The position numbers and the translations under genes are program-made. The notes beneath the pieces were generated by a model that ran no database searches, was not told the DNA's origin, and saw only the letters and a program-made list of their open reading frames with translations. A stretch of 64,000 nt of DNA from Octopus sinensis (taxonomy: Eukaryota), in NCBI RefSeq assembly GCF_006345805.1, contig NC_043020.1, positions 16,864,001 through 16,928,000 on the forward strand. Reading direction: 5' to 3'. Shown piece by piece: positions 51,913-64,000 of the stretch. How positions within the stretch are numbered: the first letter of the stretch is position 1; each line of letters starts with the position of its first letter.

Positions 51913-52095
51913 ATTGATCATCCAGGTCTGTATATTAATGAAAGTGGCCGTTGCAAGATCTGCATTGCAGAGAGAGCCAAAATTCTTAAGGACTATAAGA
52001 AACCTGGAGCATCAAACAGCTGCAAAGAAATGTTTTCTGAATGTATCCACTTCAAGGGTTTACTGGAAAATTGGATCTCCCCATTTGCTAGTTAG
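51913..52095 (+). mobile_element. Penelope-like GIY-YIG endonuclease C-terminal remnant
   Basis: YINESGRCKICIAERAKIL...SNSCKEMFSECIH resembles the recalled Y-N-S-RC-LC--EK--I...LN-R-E--S-C-H pattern. Not confirmed by a search. Confidence 0.5.
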
Positions 52096-52149
52096 GCCTC
52101 TTCAGGTCTATAAGGAGTTTTCCCCCTCTGATTCAGGTGAGAAAACCCA

Positions 52150-53142
52150 TCTTCATCATCATCATTGTTTAATGTCCACTTTCCATGCTGGCATGGGTTG
52201 GACAGTCAGTCTGAGGGCTGGCAAGCCAGAAGGCTGTACCAGGCTTCAATCTGATCTGGCAAAGTTTCTGCAGCTGGATGCCCTTCCTAATGCCAAATAC
52301 TCCAAGAGTGTAGTGGGTACTTTTTACGTGCCACCAGCACGGGACCAGTCAGCTGGCACTGACATCGACCATACTCGAATGGTGCTTTTTACGTGCCACC
52401 GGCACAGAACCAATCAGGTGGCACTGGCATCAACCACGCTTGAATGGTACATTTTATCTGCTACCTGCATGGGTGCCAATCAGGTGGTACTGTCATCAGC
52501 CACAACAATGACTTCACTTGACTCAACAGGTCTTTGCAAGTGCAGTTTATTGCTCAATGATTGAAGGGTACTCTTGAATGGGCAAGTTATGCTGAACTGG
52601 CATAGGCCACAGTTACAGTCTCACTTGGTTTGCTGGGTCTTCTCAAGCACAGCATAGCTTCAAAGGTCTCAATCACTTGTCATTACCTCCATGAGGTCCA
52701 ACATTCGAAGGTTGTGCTTCACCACCTCATCCCAGGTCTTCCTGTGTCTACCTCTTCCACTGGTTCCTTCTACTGCTGGAGTGTGACACTTTTTCACATA
52801 GCTATCCTCATCCATACACATGCCCATACCAGTGCAGTCATCTCTCTTGCACACCACATCTGATGCTTATGTCCAATGTTTCTCTCAGGGCACTTACACT
52901 CTGTCATGTATGCACACTGACATTACACATCCATCGGAGCATACTAGCTTCATTCCTTGCAAGCTTATGCATATTCTCAGCAGTCACAGCCCATGTTTCA
53001 TTGCCATGTAGCATGGCTGTTTGCACACATGCATCATACACTCTACCTTTTACTCTGAGCAAGAGGCCCTTTGTCACCAGCAGAGGTTGGAGCTCTCTGA
53101 ACTTTGCCCAGGTCATTCTTACTCTAGTAGCTACAATCTCAG
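52150..53142 (-). mobile_element. 5'-truncated RTE LINE (same family as 59687-61157)
   Basis: TWAKFRELQPLLVTKGLLLRVKGRVYDACVQTAMLHGNETWAV...GRGRHRKTWDEVVKH; (ATG)n tail. Confidence 0.92.
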
Positions 53143-53729
53143 AGTTCTAAAAGCTTTAAGCCTGTCTGTTTGACCTCATATACCAACGAAATTTTTCTAA
53201 ACCCTGTTAAAGAACTTGGAAGGTTGGGCCTCCAACCAGTCCTTCTGCAATGCCCTTAAAACCAGGAACTTTACAGTAACCTTGCATATACCTCAACATA
53301 AACAAGCATACTTCAACTTATGTTGGTTATTGGTTCCAAGACATGCAACTTAACTTGAAAAATGATATAACATGGAAAGACATTCTAAAAAATTTATTAG
53401 CTTATATCTGATTTAATAAATAGTTTGTACATATTTCCATGTGTATTTTACTTGCTTTTTATATTTCAGTGTTGGTTTTAAGTAGATTTTTTAAAATTTT
53501 TATGCTTTTAAATATGTTCTCTGAGATGGACATTAAGTCAGACACATAAACTGAAGTTGTGAAATATTTTTACCATTAATTTATTTTAATAAAAATGACA
53601 ATGTTGCAAAAGACATAACACTAAGATGAGATACACCTGTGTGTGTATATATATATACACACACATACATATATATATACACACACACATACATATATAC
53701 ATACACACACACATATATATATACACACC

Positions 53730-53780
<51 letters not shown>

Positions 53781-53852
53781 AGCTCAATATATATATATAT
53801 ACACACACACATATACACACACACACACACATATATACACATACAGCTCAAT

Positions 53853-55258
53853 ATATATATATGGGGAAAGTTTACAAAAAAAACAAAAGACGAAGACAGG
53901 TGGTGTAGAAAACAAACAGATGCATTAGTATAACGCTCAGGAATAGAAGAAGTCTTTTACGTTTCGAGCCTACGCTCTTCTACGGAAAGGGACACAGAAA
54001 AAACAAGGAAAGAAACAAGGAGAGAAACAAAAATATATATATACACACACACACATACACATATATATTGTATCTTCACTGTCAGACAATTACAAGAAAA
54101 GTGCATTGAACAGAATCTTGCTCTATACTATTGCTTTGTTGATTTGAGCAAAGCATTCTATATTGTTAATTGAAATGCTCCGTGTCTAATTCTAAGGAAA
54201 ATAGGTTGCCCCGAAAAATTTGTAAGCATGATCAAGGCTTTGCATCAAGATATGAAGGCTAGAGTTAACTCTGATGGTAGGTGCTCTGAATCTTTTTTCT
54301 GTGGGAAAGGGAGTAAAGCAAGTAGACCTTGATGCACCCACTCTCTTTGCCATAAACTTTGCTGTTGCGTTGTCACATGCTTTTCAAAACTCTGAGACTT
54401 TACTAAGGTCACCCGGGGCCCCAATTCGCTGTGAAACCATTTTTTTGCTGGTATCGTTACGAGGTCTATTTATATTTACCCACTTCTCTACCTGTAGAGT
54501 AAGCTCTCCTCCAGTTATATGGTTTTACCGTATATTATCACATATATATATATATATATGGGGAAAGTTTACAAAAAAAACAAAAGACGAAGACAGGTGG
54601 TGTAGAAAACAAACAGATGCATTAGTATAACGCTCAGGAATAGAAGAAGTCTTTTACGTTTCGAGCCTACGCTCTTCTACGGAAAGGGACACAGAAAAAA
54701 CAAGGAAAGAAACAAGGAGAGAAACAAAAATATATATATATACACACACACACATACACATATATATTGTATCTTCACTGTCAGACAATTACAAGAAAAG
54801 TGCATTGAACAGAATCTTGCTCTATACTATTGCTTTGTTGATTTGAGCAAAGCATTCTATATTGTTAATTGAAATGCTCCGTGTCTAATTCTAAGGAAAA
54901 TAGGTTGCCCCGAAAAATTTGTAAGCATGATCAAGGCTTTGCATCAAGATATGAAGGCTAGAGTTAACTCTGATGGTAGGTGCTCTGAATCTTTTTTCTG
55001 TGGGAAAGGGAGTAAAGCAAGTAGACCTTGATGCACCCACTCTCTTTGCCATAAACTTTGCTGTTGCGTTGTCACATGCTTTTCAAAACTCTGAGACTTT
55101 ACTAAGGTCACCCGGGGCCCCAATTCGCTGTGAAACCATTTTTTTGCTGGTATCGTTACGAGGTCTATTTATATTTACCCACTTCTCTACCTGTAGAGTA
55201 AGCTCTCCTCCAGTTATATGGTTTTACCGTATATTATCACATATATATATATATATAT
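53853..55258. repeat. Near-identical tandem duplication of 697-699 bp containing an RTE RT fragment
   Basis: ggggaaagttt at 53863 and 54560; RQLQEKC...FVDLSKAF...GCPEKFVSMIKALH in both copies. The only difference noticed is one TA unit. Confidence 0.93.
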
Positions 55259-55805
55259 ATAATTATTTAAGTAGACAAATGAATTATCTTATTACGGATA
55301 ATTCGAAAGATAACCGATACCTGGGTAGCAAACTCACAACAGAAAGGGCACGGTTGAAGTTACGACCATAGGGCATAAAATCCGTGCCTTAGTGTGGAAA
55401 TTCTTTCCTATACTTAATATATATATATATATATATATAAGAGAGAGAGAGAGGGAGATACAAGTACGCACCTATATATACATAAATATATATATTATAC
55501 ATTATAAATATTATATATATTCATCATCATTTAACGTCTGCTTACCATATTGGCATAGGTTGTACAGTTCGACAAGGCCAGAAGCCAAAGGCTACCAGTT
55601 CCCATCTAGTTTGGCAAGGTTTTCGTGGCTGAATGCCCTACCTAACACCAACCCCTTTACAGTGTATATGTATATATGTGTGTATATTATAGATTTCTGA
55701 ATTGATAAAAATAGAAGTCAAATCGCAAGGCAGATCATTAGAAAGAGGCAGCACATGGAAGAAAGCGAAAAACACTGATGAGGTCACACAAGTGTGACGA
55801 AAGAA

Positions 55806-55836
<31 letters not shown>

Positions 55837-56264
55837 CAGAGAGAGAGAGAGGTAGGTAGGTACATATGCAAGCACACATACACACATGTATATACATACG
55901 AATGTATGTATATGTGTGTCTGTATGTCACCCCACCATCGCTTGATAACTAATGCTGATGCAATTATGCCCCTGTAACTTGGCAGTTCTGAAAAAGAGGC
56001 GATAGAATAAATACGAGGCTTCCAAAGAATAATTCAAATAAAAGACGGTGCTCCAGTATGGCCTATCGTCTTTTGAAACATATTGGATGGGAGGTCGTGT
56101 TGCTGGTTTTGCCTATTAAAACACAAGCACTATTTATTTGATGTTCACTATTTATTTTTCAGGTTTTTGTTCGACCAGAGTTCTTTTGTTACAATTCAGT
56201 GGCCTTAAACATGATCCTTTATTTCTTTTTTCTTTCTTGTGTCTGCCCTTTTTAATCATCTGCT

Positions 56265-56668
56265 ATACTCTTACTCTTTACTCTTTTACTTGTTTCAGTC
56301 ATTTGACTGCGGCCATGCTGGAGTACCGCCTTTAGTCGAGCAACTCGACCCCGGGACTTATTCTTTTTGTAAGCCCAGTACTTATTCTATCGGTCTCTTT
56401 TGCTGAACCACTAAGTGACGGGGACATAAACACACCAGCATTGGTTGTCAAGCAATGCTAGGGGGACAAACACAGACACACACATATATATATACATATA
56501 TACGACAGGCTTCTTTCAGTTTCCGTCTACCAAATCCACTCACAAGGCATTGGTCGGCCCGGGGGCTATAGCAGAAGACACTTGCCCAAGATGCCACGCA
56601 GTGGGACTGAACCCGGAACCATGTGGTTGGTTAGCAAGCTACTTACCACACAGCCACTCCTGCGCCTA
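56265..56668 (-). mobile_element. SINE family B
   Basis: Similarity to the other family B copies. Confidence 0.88.
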
Positions 56669-58223
56669 TGTTGTTGTATTCAACAGAAATTCAAAATCTT
56701 TCTCTATCTCACTCTTTATGCCTGTCTATGTATATACATATAATATGTGTTCATACTCAGTGGTCAACATTTGGCCGATATTGTCTTAATTTTCTATCCT
56801 GCTCCTCTTCGGCTTCTTTCCCTTCTTGTTTGCAAAACATTCCCTATCTATTTCTACTTGTCTTTCTCTTCACATATCTGCTTCTTTTTTCTCTTTACTC
56901 ATCTTCATTTCTTCCTCTTATTATCACTGTCAACTATCTCGCACTGACCGCATGTGCTTCCTCCCCACGCATACCCGTGGCTGTCCCACAGGCCCCTGCA
57001 GTCTTCACTTCCGTCTACCTCATCTGCAATCCTCTCCACCAACACCACATAGCTCATCACAGCCCATAACACCACGACATACATGGTAGCTGCCCCCTCG
57101 TTATCGAGTATGGCCATTGCACAAAGCTTAATCAATGTTGTTATCGTGCAATGCCTTGGCAAGAAGATTTTTTTTTTAAGTGAGGAAAGGCTGTGCACAG
57201 TCAATCCCACTCACTAATCAACAGCAGCCATAATCCAAAAAGAAGAATAAGTCAACATCATCGGTAACCACTGAGCCGCAGCTTTTATGTCAGAGTTATC
57301 CCAGTTACCTGAGTTACCTTCTCCTAGAAGGATGCCCTAACAAAGGCTAGGAGTCCTTCACTCCCAATGGTTTAACCGTGCGATCGGGTATTCAGTCCGA
57401 TTATTTCTATATCCCCGCGCATGATACAGCTTTAAGGCATTTATTGGATGGTCGTTGACTCTCAAGAGTTCCTCCGCCCTTTGATGGGTTTTGTTTTTCA
57501 TCCCGCAGGGTGTCCAATAAACACCCTCCTCACCAAGCAAGCTTGGTGGGGTTGGGTTGCCGATTTAGTCGCTGACGACCCGACCATGCAACAGGTTGTA
57601 CTGGGTTACATGTTACCAGTAACACTCGAAAGTGACCTGACATATACGTGCGTGCGTGCGTGCGTGCGTGCGTGCATGCATACATACATACATACATACA
57701 TACATGCCCTGTTGATCTGGTTGAAATTCCAATGAAGAGACTAAAGTCTAGATTAGAAATCGGCTTTTTCTCTGCCAGCAAGAAATCTTGAAATAAAACT
57801 GAATAATGACATACATATTTGCACAAAAACCAAGAAATACTCCGTTTCACGGGAAAAGAGCAAAAGAAACTGTTGTGGATTCTTCAAATCCATTTGGGGG
57901 GGGGGGGCAAAATGGTAAACTCGATTTCCCGGCCAAAGGTTTAATCAGGGGAAATCATTACGTTCAGAGCTGCTTAGCTATAACAAAACCAGTTATCTCC
58001 CTTACACCACGATACACCATCAACTATTGTTACTGACGGGTGTTTCGGTAAAGTGATTAAAATATTATATCAAAAAATTTCAATATCACATATGCTATAA
58101 TTAGAAAATTGTAACGAAAAAAAATACGATGGCAATAGATAGAATGCATCTGATCATAAGTTTTTACAATCAGAGCCAGCTTGGCACGAAAGCTAAAATT
58201 TCGCAACAATTACTGAACATGCG

Positions 58224-58635
58224 TGGGATCTTTTCGGTTTGAACGGCAGTTTTTTCTAGTGGTGTCATATGAAATTGTCACCCATAATTATGACCCTAGT
58301 ATCGATCTATTGCATTTCAATCTGTTTTAGGGTTAGGGTTGGGGTTAGTGGGGGGAAGGGTATCTTTTTTTCTTCACAAATGTAAATAAACCCAATCTGT
58401 TTCTTAAACGAGGGACATATTCCTACAGCACAGAGTATTTTCACCTCAATAGACGTCATTGATTGGTTAAAATTGCTGAAATTAAAGAAAAAAAACAACA
58501 AATATCTTACAATCTATAGAATTTTCTCAATAAGGCCAAGAGAAAAAGATGTTTTATAAACATATTCTACCAGTATACGAAGTTTAAAAGTGGAAATTAT
58601 TTTAAAAAACTGCCGTTCAAACCGAAAAGATCCCA
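58224..58635. mobile_element. MITE with terminal inverted repeats of about 32 bp
   Basis: tgggatcttttcggtttgaacggcagtttttt and aaaaaactgccgttcaaaccgaaaagatccca. Confidence 0.85.
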
Positions 58636-59221
58636 TACGTGTGTACAAAACACACATTTTTTTGCAATTCTTAAATGTAACAAAAAACATTTCCATACAT
58701 TTAATGCGACAGAATTTCGGGCGGGTTTATCAATGAGTGTATAATGAAGCATATTAAATTTGTTTTTCTACAAAATATGTTATTTTACACAGAAAAATGT
58801 TGGGGTTTGTCTTACGCAAGTGTTCGTCTTATACGCTGAAAATTATAGTGGAGCGATAAACTAAGGGAGATAATCTCAGAAATGTTTCGTTAAAATTAAG
58901 AAAATATTTTAATACCTAACATGTAGCATCACTACCCTTTAATATAGTCGACCAATTGCTATAGTAAATAACATGATGCCTGTTGAAAATGGGGTTACTG
59001 TATACAGAATAGCAGAATACAATGGCGTACTGTGGGCATTCACAGGATGTGTACTGTACATCGTGATAAAACAAAACAGAACGTAGCGCTTTGTCTAATT
59101 AAATGCCATACATACACACCATTCATACGTACGTACATACATACATACATACGCACATATACGTTTGAATGTATGTGCATATATGTACATATGTGGATAC
59201 ATGTACGAATGTATGTCTATA

Positions 59222-59445
59222 TATATATATAATGGTTGTATACTGTCAACTCAACGTGACAGTCCCGTAAAGGGAATCACACTACCGTTATTTAGCCCTA
59301 GGAAGCATCGACTCTTCCTGTCGGCTTTGATACATTTCCTATGTCCTTATATTTGCAAAGGGGAGGCAAGCACCCCCGCCAGCTAAGATTAACACCTGAA
59401 GACATGTTTCTGGGTCTTTCCCATCATCAGTCCAGGGTAGTAAGT
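59222..59445 (-). mobile_element. Penelope-like terminal-repeat element next to (TA)n
   Basis: Contains a minimal hammerhead fold and is related to 10768-10975. Confidence 0.6.
59395..59436 (-). ncRNA. Minimal type I hammerhead ribozyme motif
   Basis: CCUGGA-CUGAUGA-UGGG(AAAGA)CCCA-GAAA-CAUG-UC-UUCAGG: full core, stems I and II, palindromic stem III (ACAUGU) and a GUC cleavage triplet. Confidence 0.8.
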
Positions 59446-59510
59446 CCTGCTAGCTGAGATGGCTGCAACCGCTTTGTAAATATATATTTTCAGTGAAATT
59501 TATTCACTGG

Positions 59511-59541
<31 letters not shown>

Positions 59542-59686
59542 TAAAAAGTTTGTATGCATGCGCAATGGATATGTGATGTGTATCCATATGTGATGCGTAT
59601 CACATATATAAAGTCAAAATGCTATGCATGCTATGTTTATACATAATGTACATATATATGTGTATATATATATATATATATAATAA

Positions 59687-61157
59687 CAGAGAAATTCAAG
59701 ACAGGATGCCCCTGGGAGCTCCTCTATGCTGATGACCTTGCTCTAATTGCTGAGTCACTATCAGAACTGGAGGAGTTTCAGGTGTCGAAGCAAGGATTAG
59801 AATCGAAGGGCCTTAGAGTCAACCTAGCTAAAACCAAAGTCCTAATAAGTAAGAAGGCAGACAAATCACAAACGCCTTCAGGTAGATGGCCCTTCATATG
59901 TACATACGCCTTCAGGTAGATGGCCCTGCTCAATCTGTAGAAAAGGCCTAGGTTGAAACTCTATAAGATGTACCCAGTGTAAGCTATGGACACATAAGAG
60001 GTGCAGCAATGTCAAAGGAAGGCTAACTAGGAAGATAGTTTTTGTATGTGGCAGATGCTCAGGAGCAATAAACACTGAAAATGCGCAGAGACCATCTTCC
60101 GCCACATTCCAGGGAGAAAAACTAGAAGTAGTTGATAGCTTCCGTTACCTAGCTGACCAAGTCAGTAGCGAGGGTGGGTGTGCTGAAAGTGTAACTGCTA
60201 GAGTAAGAATAGCCTGGGCAAAGTTCAGAGAGCTATTACCTCTGCTGGTGACAAAGGGCCTCTCACTCAGAGTAAAAGGTAGACTGTATGGTGCATGTGT
60301 ATGAACAGCCATGCTACACGGCAGTGAAACATGGGCTGTGACTGCTGAGGACATGCGTAAGCTCGCAAGAAATGAAGCCAGTATGCTCCAATGGATGTGT
60401 AATGTCAGTGTTCATACTCAACAGAGTGTAAGTACCTTGAGAGAAAAGTTGGACCTAGACGTTTGCAATGGTATGGTCATGTGGTGAGAATAGATGAAGA
60501 TAGGTGTGTGAAAAAGTGCCACACCCTAGCGGTTGAGGGAACCTGTGGAAGAGGTAGACCCAGGAAGACCTGGGACGAGGTGGTGAAGCACAACCTTTGA
60601 ACATTAGATCTCACCGAGGCAATGACTAGTGACCGAGACCTTTGGAAATATGCTGTGCGTGAGAAGACCCGGCAGGACAAGTGAGACCATAACCCGTGGC
60701 TTTTACCTGGGATGTAGCCAGTCCACTTATGCATACCTTTCCTCCTTGGGACACAAAACTCTGCTTGCAAAGTACCTGTTGAGGCAAGTGAAATCAAAAT
60801 CGATCAAAAAATCAATGGAAATTGTAGTTGTGATACCAGTGCCGGTGGCACATAAAAAGATCCATCCGAACGTGGCTGTTGCCAGCACCGCCTTGACTGG
60901 CCTCTGTGCCGGTGGCACGTAAAATGCACCAACCAATCGAGGCCGTTGCCAGCCTCACCTAGCCCCTGTGCCAGTGGCACGTAAAAAGCACCCACTACAC
61001 TCACAGAGTGGTTGGTGCTAGGAAGGGCATCCAGCTGTAGAAACACTGCTAGATCTGACTGGAGCCTGGTGCAGCCTCCATGGCTTACCAGACCCCGGTC
61101 GAACCATCCAACCCATGCTAGCATGGAAAATGGACGCTAAATGATGATGATGATGAT
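59687..61157 (+). mobile_element. 5'-truncated RTE-type LINE: RT C-terminus, Cys-rich finger, 3' UTR and (ATG)n tail
   Basis: GCPWELLYADDLALIAES...CSICRKG...CTQCKLWTHKRC...GRGRPRKTWDEVVK; frameshifts and stops. Confidence 0.93.
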
Positions 61158-63091
61158 GTGTGTGCATTCATTTGTACACACACACACACAGTGTTTTTAC
61201 AAAGAAAAGGTTAACAGTTCAAAGTTTGGGCTATGTAGTGTTCACATCTCTCTCTCTCTCCGTCTCTCTTTCTCGCTCTCAGTAAGTATGTTTATATACG
61301 TGTTTATATGTATTTTTATTAAAATGTTTATGTATATATCATGTTTATTACATTGTGTAACAAAATTTATAAATATTTTCTTTCTTCTGTCTTTGGTCAG
61401 TGTTATTTCCTATTTGCTTCTATCTAGAAATCAAAGGAAATCACTAACATTCCCTACAAACTTTGTTTTGTGACCTAAACATCAATGTTTTGAAACTGAC
61501 CTATTTTCCATTACATTTCAGACAGAAATACTGAAATTATTCTGATTTTTTGTGAAAAAAACTCTCTAAAATGTACCTATATATTTCAAAACTCTCTAAA
61601 ATGTACCTATATATTTCAAATTATCATTGGGGTTATGGCTGTCAAATTGTTAGGTATTATAAGTTTTACTCTCCCTACCCCACTTGGCTTGACAAGTCTT
61701 CTCAAGCACAGGAAATCGCCAACCCTTTTTGGTACCAACCCATCTGAGACTGTCCCTTGTTCTTTGATACAAAACTCCCGTTTAAAGTGATCAAAATTAA
61801 ATGCTTCTGTTAAAATTTCATGTTAATTTGTTCCAATAATGACACAGATTAAGGTGGTGAGCTGGCAGAATCGTTAACAGGCAGGGAAAATTGCTTAGAA
61901 GCATTTCATTTGTCTTCCCATTCTGAGTTCAAATTCTGCCTAGAACAATATTGCCTTTCATCATTGAGTACTGGGATCGATGTAGTTGACTTACCCACCA
62001 CCACAAAAATTGCTGGCCTTGTGCCAAAATTTAAAATCAATAATGACACAGATTATTTTACTAAATTCTTCATTATTTTAAAAATCACTTGAACCAAAGT
62101 CAGTGTATCTCAACAGAAATATGATAATAAAAAGTTTAACCCCTTCGTTACCAACCCGGCTCTGGCTCTGAGTACAAATGTCTTGTTTTCATAAGTTTTG
62201 AATTAAAATCTTCCACCAAACTTTATGTTCCTAGCACTAACTGAATGATAACTAAGTTATTTTCTAAATTCTTTGTTATATTTAAAGTAATTTAAAGAAA
62301 TATGGAGCATCTCAAAATAAATTCAGTAACGAAAGGGTTAAAACTATAAAATAAATTCAAGTTTGGAGTCAATTTTTCCTGGGCTTTGTGAATTTCTTTT
62401 GTAATTCACTTACCACCACTGACTTTAAAAGAGCAGTAGATTGGCAGAATTGTTGAGAATGTCATACAAGATACCTTGTGATGTTAGTCCCAGCTCTTTG
62501 TGTTTTGAGCTTGTAGACATTTTTTCTCTCAATCTGTCTTGGAAGCCCTGAGGAAACAAAACATCATGGTTACTTCCCTTCCTTCTTTTACTGAATGCCA
62601 AACAAATTACTGTGACCTTACTGGTAAGTGCCTCTAACACTATCTACACCACTGATGCATATAAACATCTCTTACCTACAACTATAAAATCCTATATGGA
62701 TGGTTAAAAGATGCATGTAAGCATCTTGAGAATTTCACAGCATAGCAAGTAGTACACATATAAGCATCTCTGGGATTTTATGGTTATCTGTGAGCAACAC
62801 ATATATGCAGGGCTGGTGTTAAGCCAATTTGAAAGGTTTTGTAGAGCAGAGGGCCCTGTTGACAATTCTCTAATTGGCCTTGTATATATGCACTGATGCT
62901 ATAGATAAGAGATGGTCTTATGCATTATGATATGGATAGTAATTAACAATCAACTTGCTAAAGACAACCAATTATCGGTCAACTTGTTAGATATAGTAGC
63001 CAAATTTTCTTCAAATCATACCTTATTACTGCTCATTGGAATTTCAGAGAATCATGACTGATCCATTATAATATATAACTGCAATATTATT

Positions 63092-63397
63092 TTTCGTTTT
63101 TGGATTTGGTTTGCAAGATTCTTTATGAGTTTGTGTGTTGAAGCATATTCTGTTGTGTCTGGGGAGAGTCATTTTCTTTTTGTGCCTTATAATATAACAC
63201 ACTCACCGGTAAAATTTCCACTTTTTTTTCTTATTTTTATTGTCCTAAAATTTTCTTTGCATCTTACAACCGTTAAGATGCAACGAAAATTTTAGGACAA
63301 TAAAAATAAGAAAAAAAAGTGGAAATTTTACCAGTGAGTGTGTTATATTATAGGGCACAAAAAGAAAATGACTCTCCCCAGACACAACAGAATATGC
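63092..63397. mobile_element. Fold-back element: about 50 bp unique segment plus 124-bp inverted arms
   Basis: Arms 63143-63266 and 63274-63397; tgcaatattatt duplicated at 63080-63091 and 63395-63406. Confidence 0.85.
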
Positions 63398-64000
63398 AAT
63401 ATTATTGTTGTTTAACAACACAATAAGTTGTACACCACTTTTAAAGTCATCAAATTTCTATAAAACAATTTGTTTAGTGCATAAATTATTCTACGCTTAA
63501 AGGAGTATACTTTGAATAATGATATTTTGTGATCCTGTGTTGAAACTAAAGCAACTATATTATGGAAAAGTCATTAAATAATTTTCAGGTCCTTGAAATA
63601 AACTTAAAAGAATCAATAACTTTAGGCACTGTTAAATGGTTTACCATGATGTACTTGCTTGCATGCATGGCTGTGTGGATAGAAGTTTGCTTACCAACAA
63701 CATCCCACTGCATGGTATCTTAACCCTTTTGTTACTGTATTTATTTTGAGATGCTCTGTATTTCTTTAAATTACTTTAAATATAACAAAGAATTTAGTAA
63801 AATAAATTAGTTATCATTAAGCTAGTGTTAGGAGCATTGATTGTAACTAAGGTTTGGTGGAAGATTTTAATTCAAAACTTATGAAAATAAAACATTTGTA
63901 CTCAGAGCCAGAGCCGGTTTCAGCCAGGTTGGTAACAAAAGGGTTAGGCAAGTGTCTGCCACTGTAGCCCTGGGCAGACCAAAATTTTGTGAGTGGATTT

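Noticed and set aside
51914-52564. 216-aa ORF
   Set aside because: Runs across unrelated repeat fragments, including the antisense RTE 3' UTR; a chance open frame.
50064-53187. 45-bp direct repeat (50064-50108 and 53143-53187) as a giant target-site duplication
   Set aside because: The CR1-like RT sequence continues after the first copy rather than the second, which is the wrong geometry. Left as an unexplained micro-duplication.
56900-57640. GC-rich stretch as a gene exon or promoter
   Set aside because: No coherent ORF or splice signals. It more likely represents a decayed retroelement 5' region, but the family could not be assigned by eye.

Overview
AT-rich animal genomic DNA. The SINE, LINE and microsatellite content suggests an octopus or other coleoid cephalopod (inference from recognising the repeats). 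The + strand carries the 3' part of a tomosyn gene (STXBP5/STXBP5L family). Ten GT-AG coding exons between 7299 and 37713 reconstruct the end of the WD40 region, the tail and the C-terminal R-SNARE motif, ending ...LKYKDKKWYQF*. One junction (11266 to 18300) is out of phase, and a 26-nt microexon candidate at 15434-15459 repairs it. Introns are packed with tRNA-derived SINEs, RTE and CR1 LINE fragments, a mariner relic, TTAA piggyBac-type MITEs and a Helitron-like element. Two SINE heads have amplified into tandem arrays (24 x 71 bp and 5 x 149 bp) inside the last intron. Several inverted repeats would form dsRNA in the pre-mRNA. About 11 kb after the stop codon lacks the common SINEs, so it is probably long 3' UTR, possibly shared with a convergent gene. 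The right end contains Penelope-like remnants, including one complete minimal hammerhead ribozyme fold (59395-59436, - strand) and several degenerate relatives. Most ORFs in the supplied track are microsatellite or repeat artefacts.
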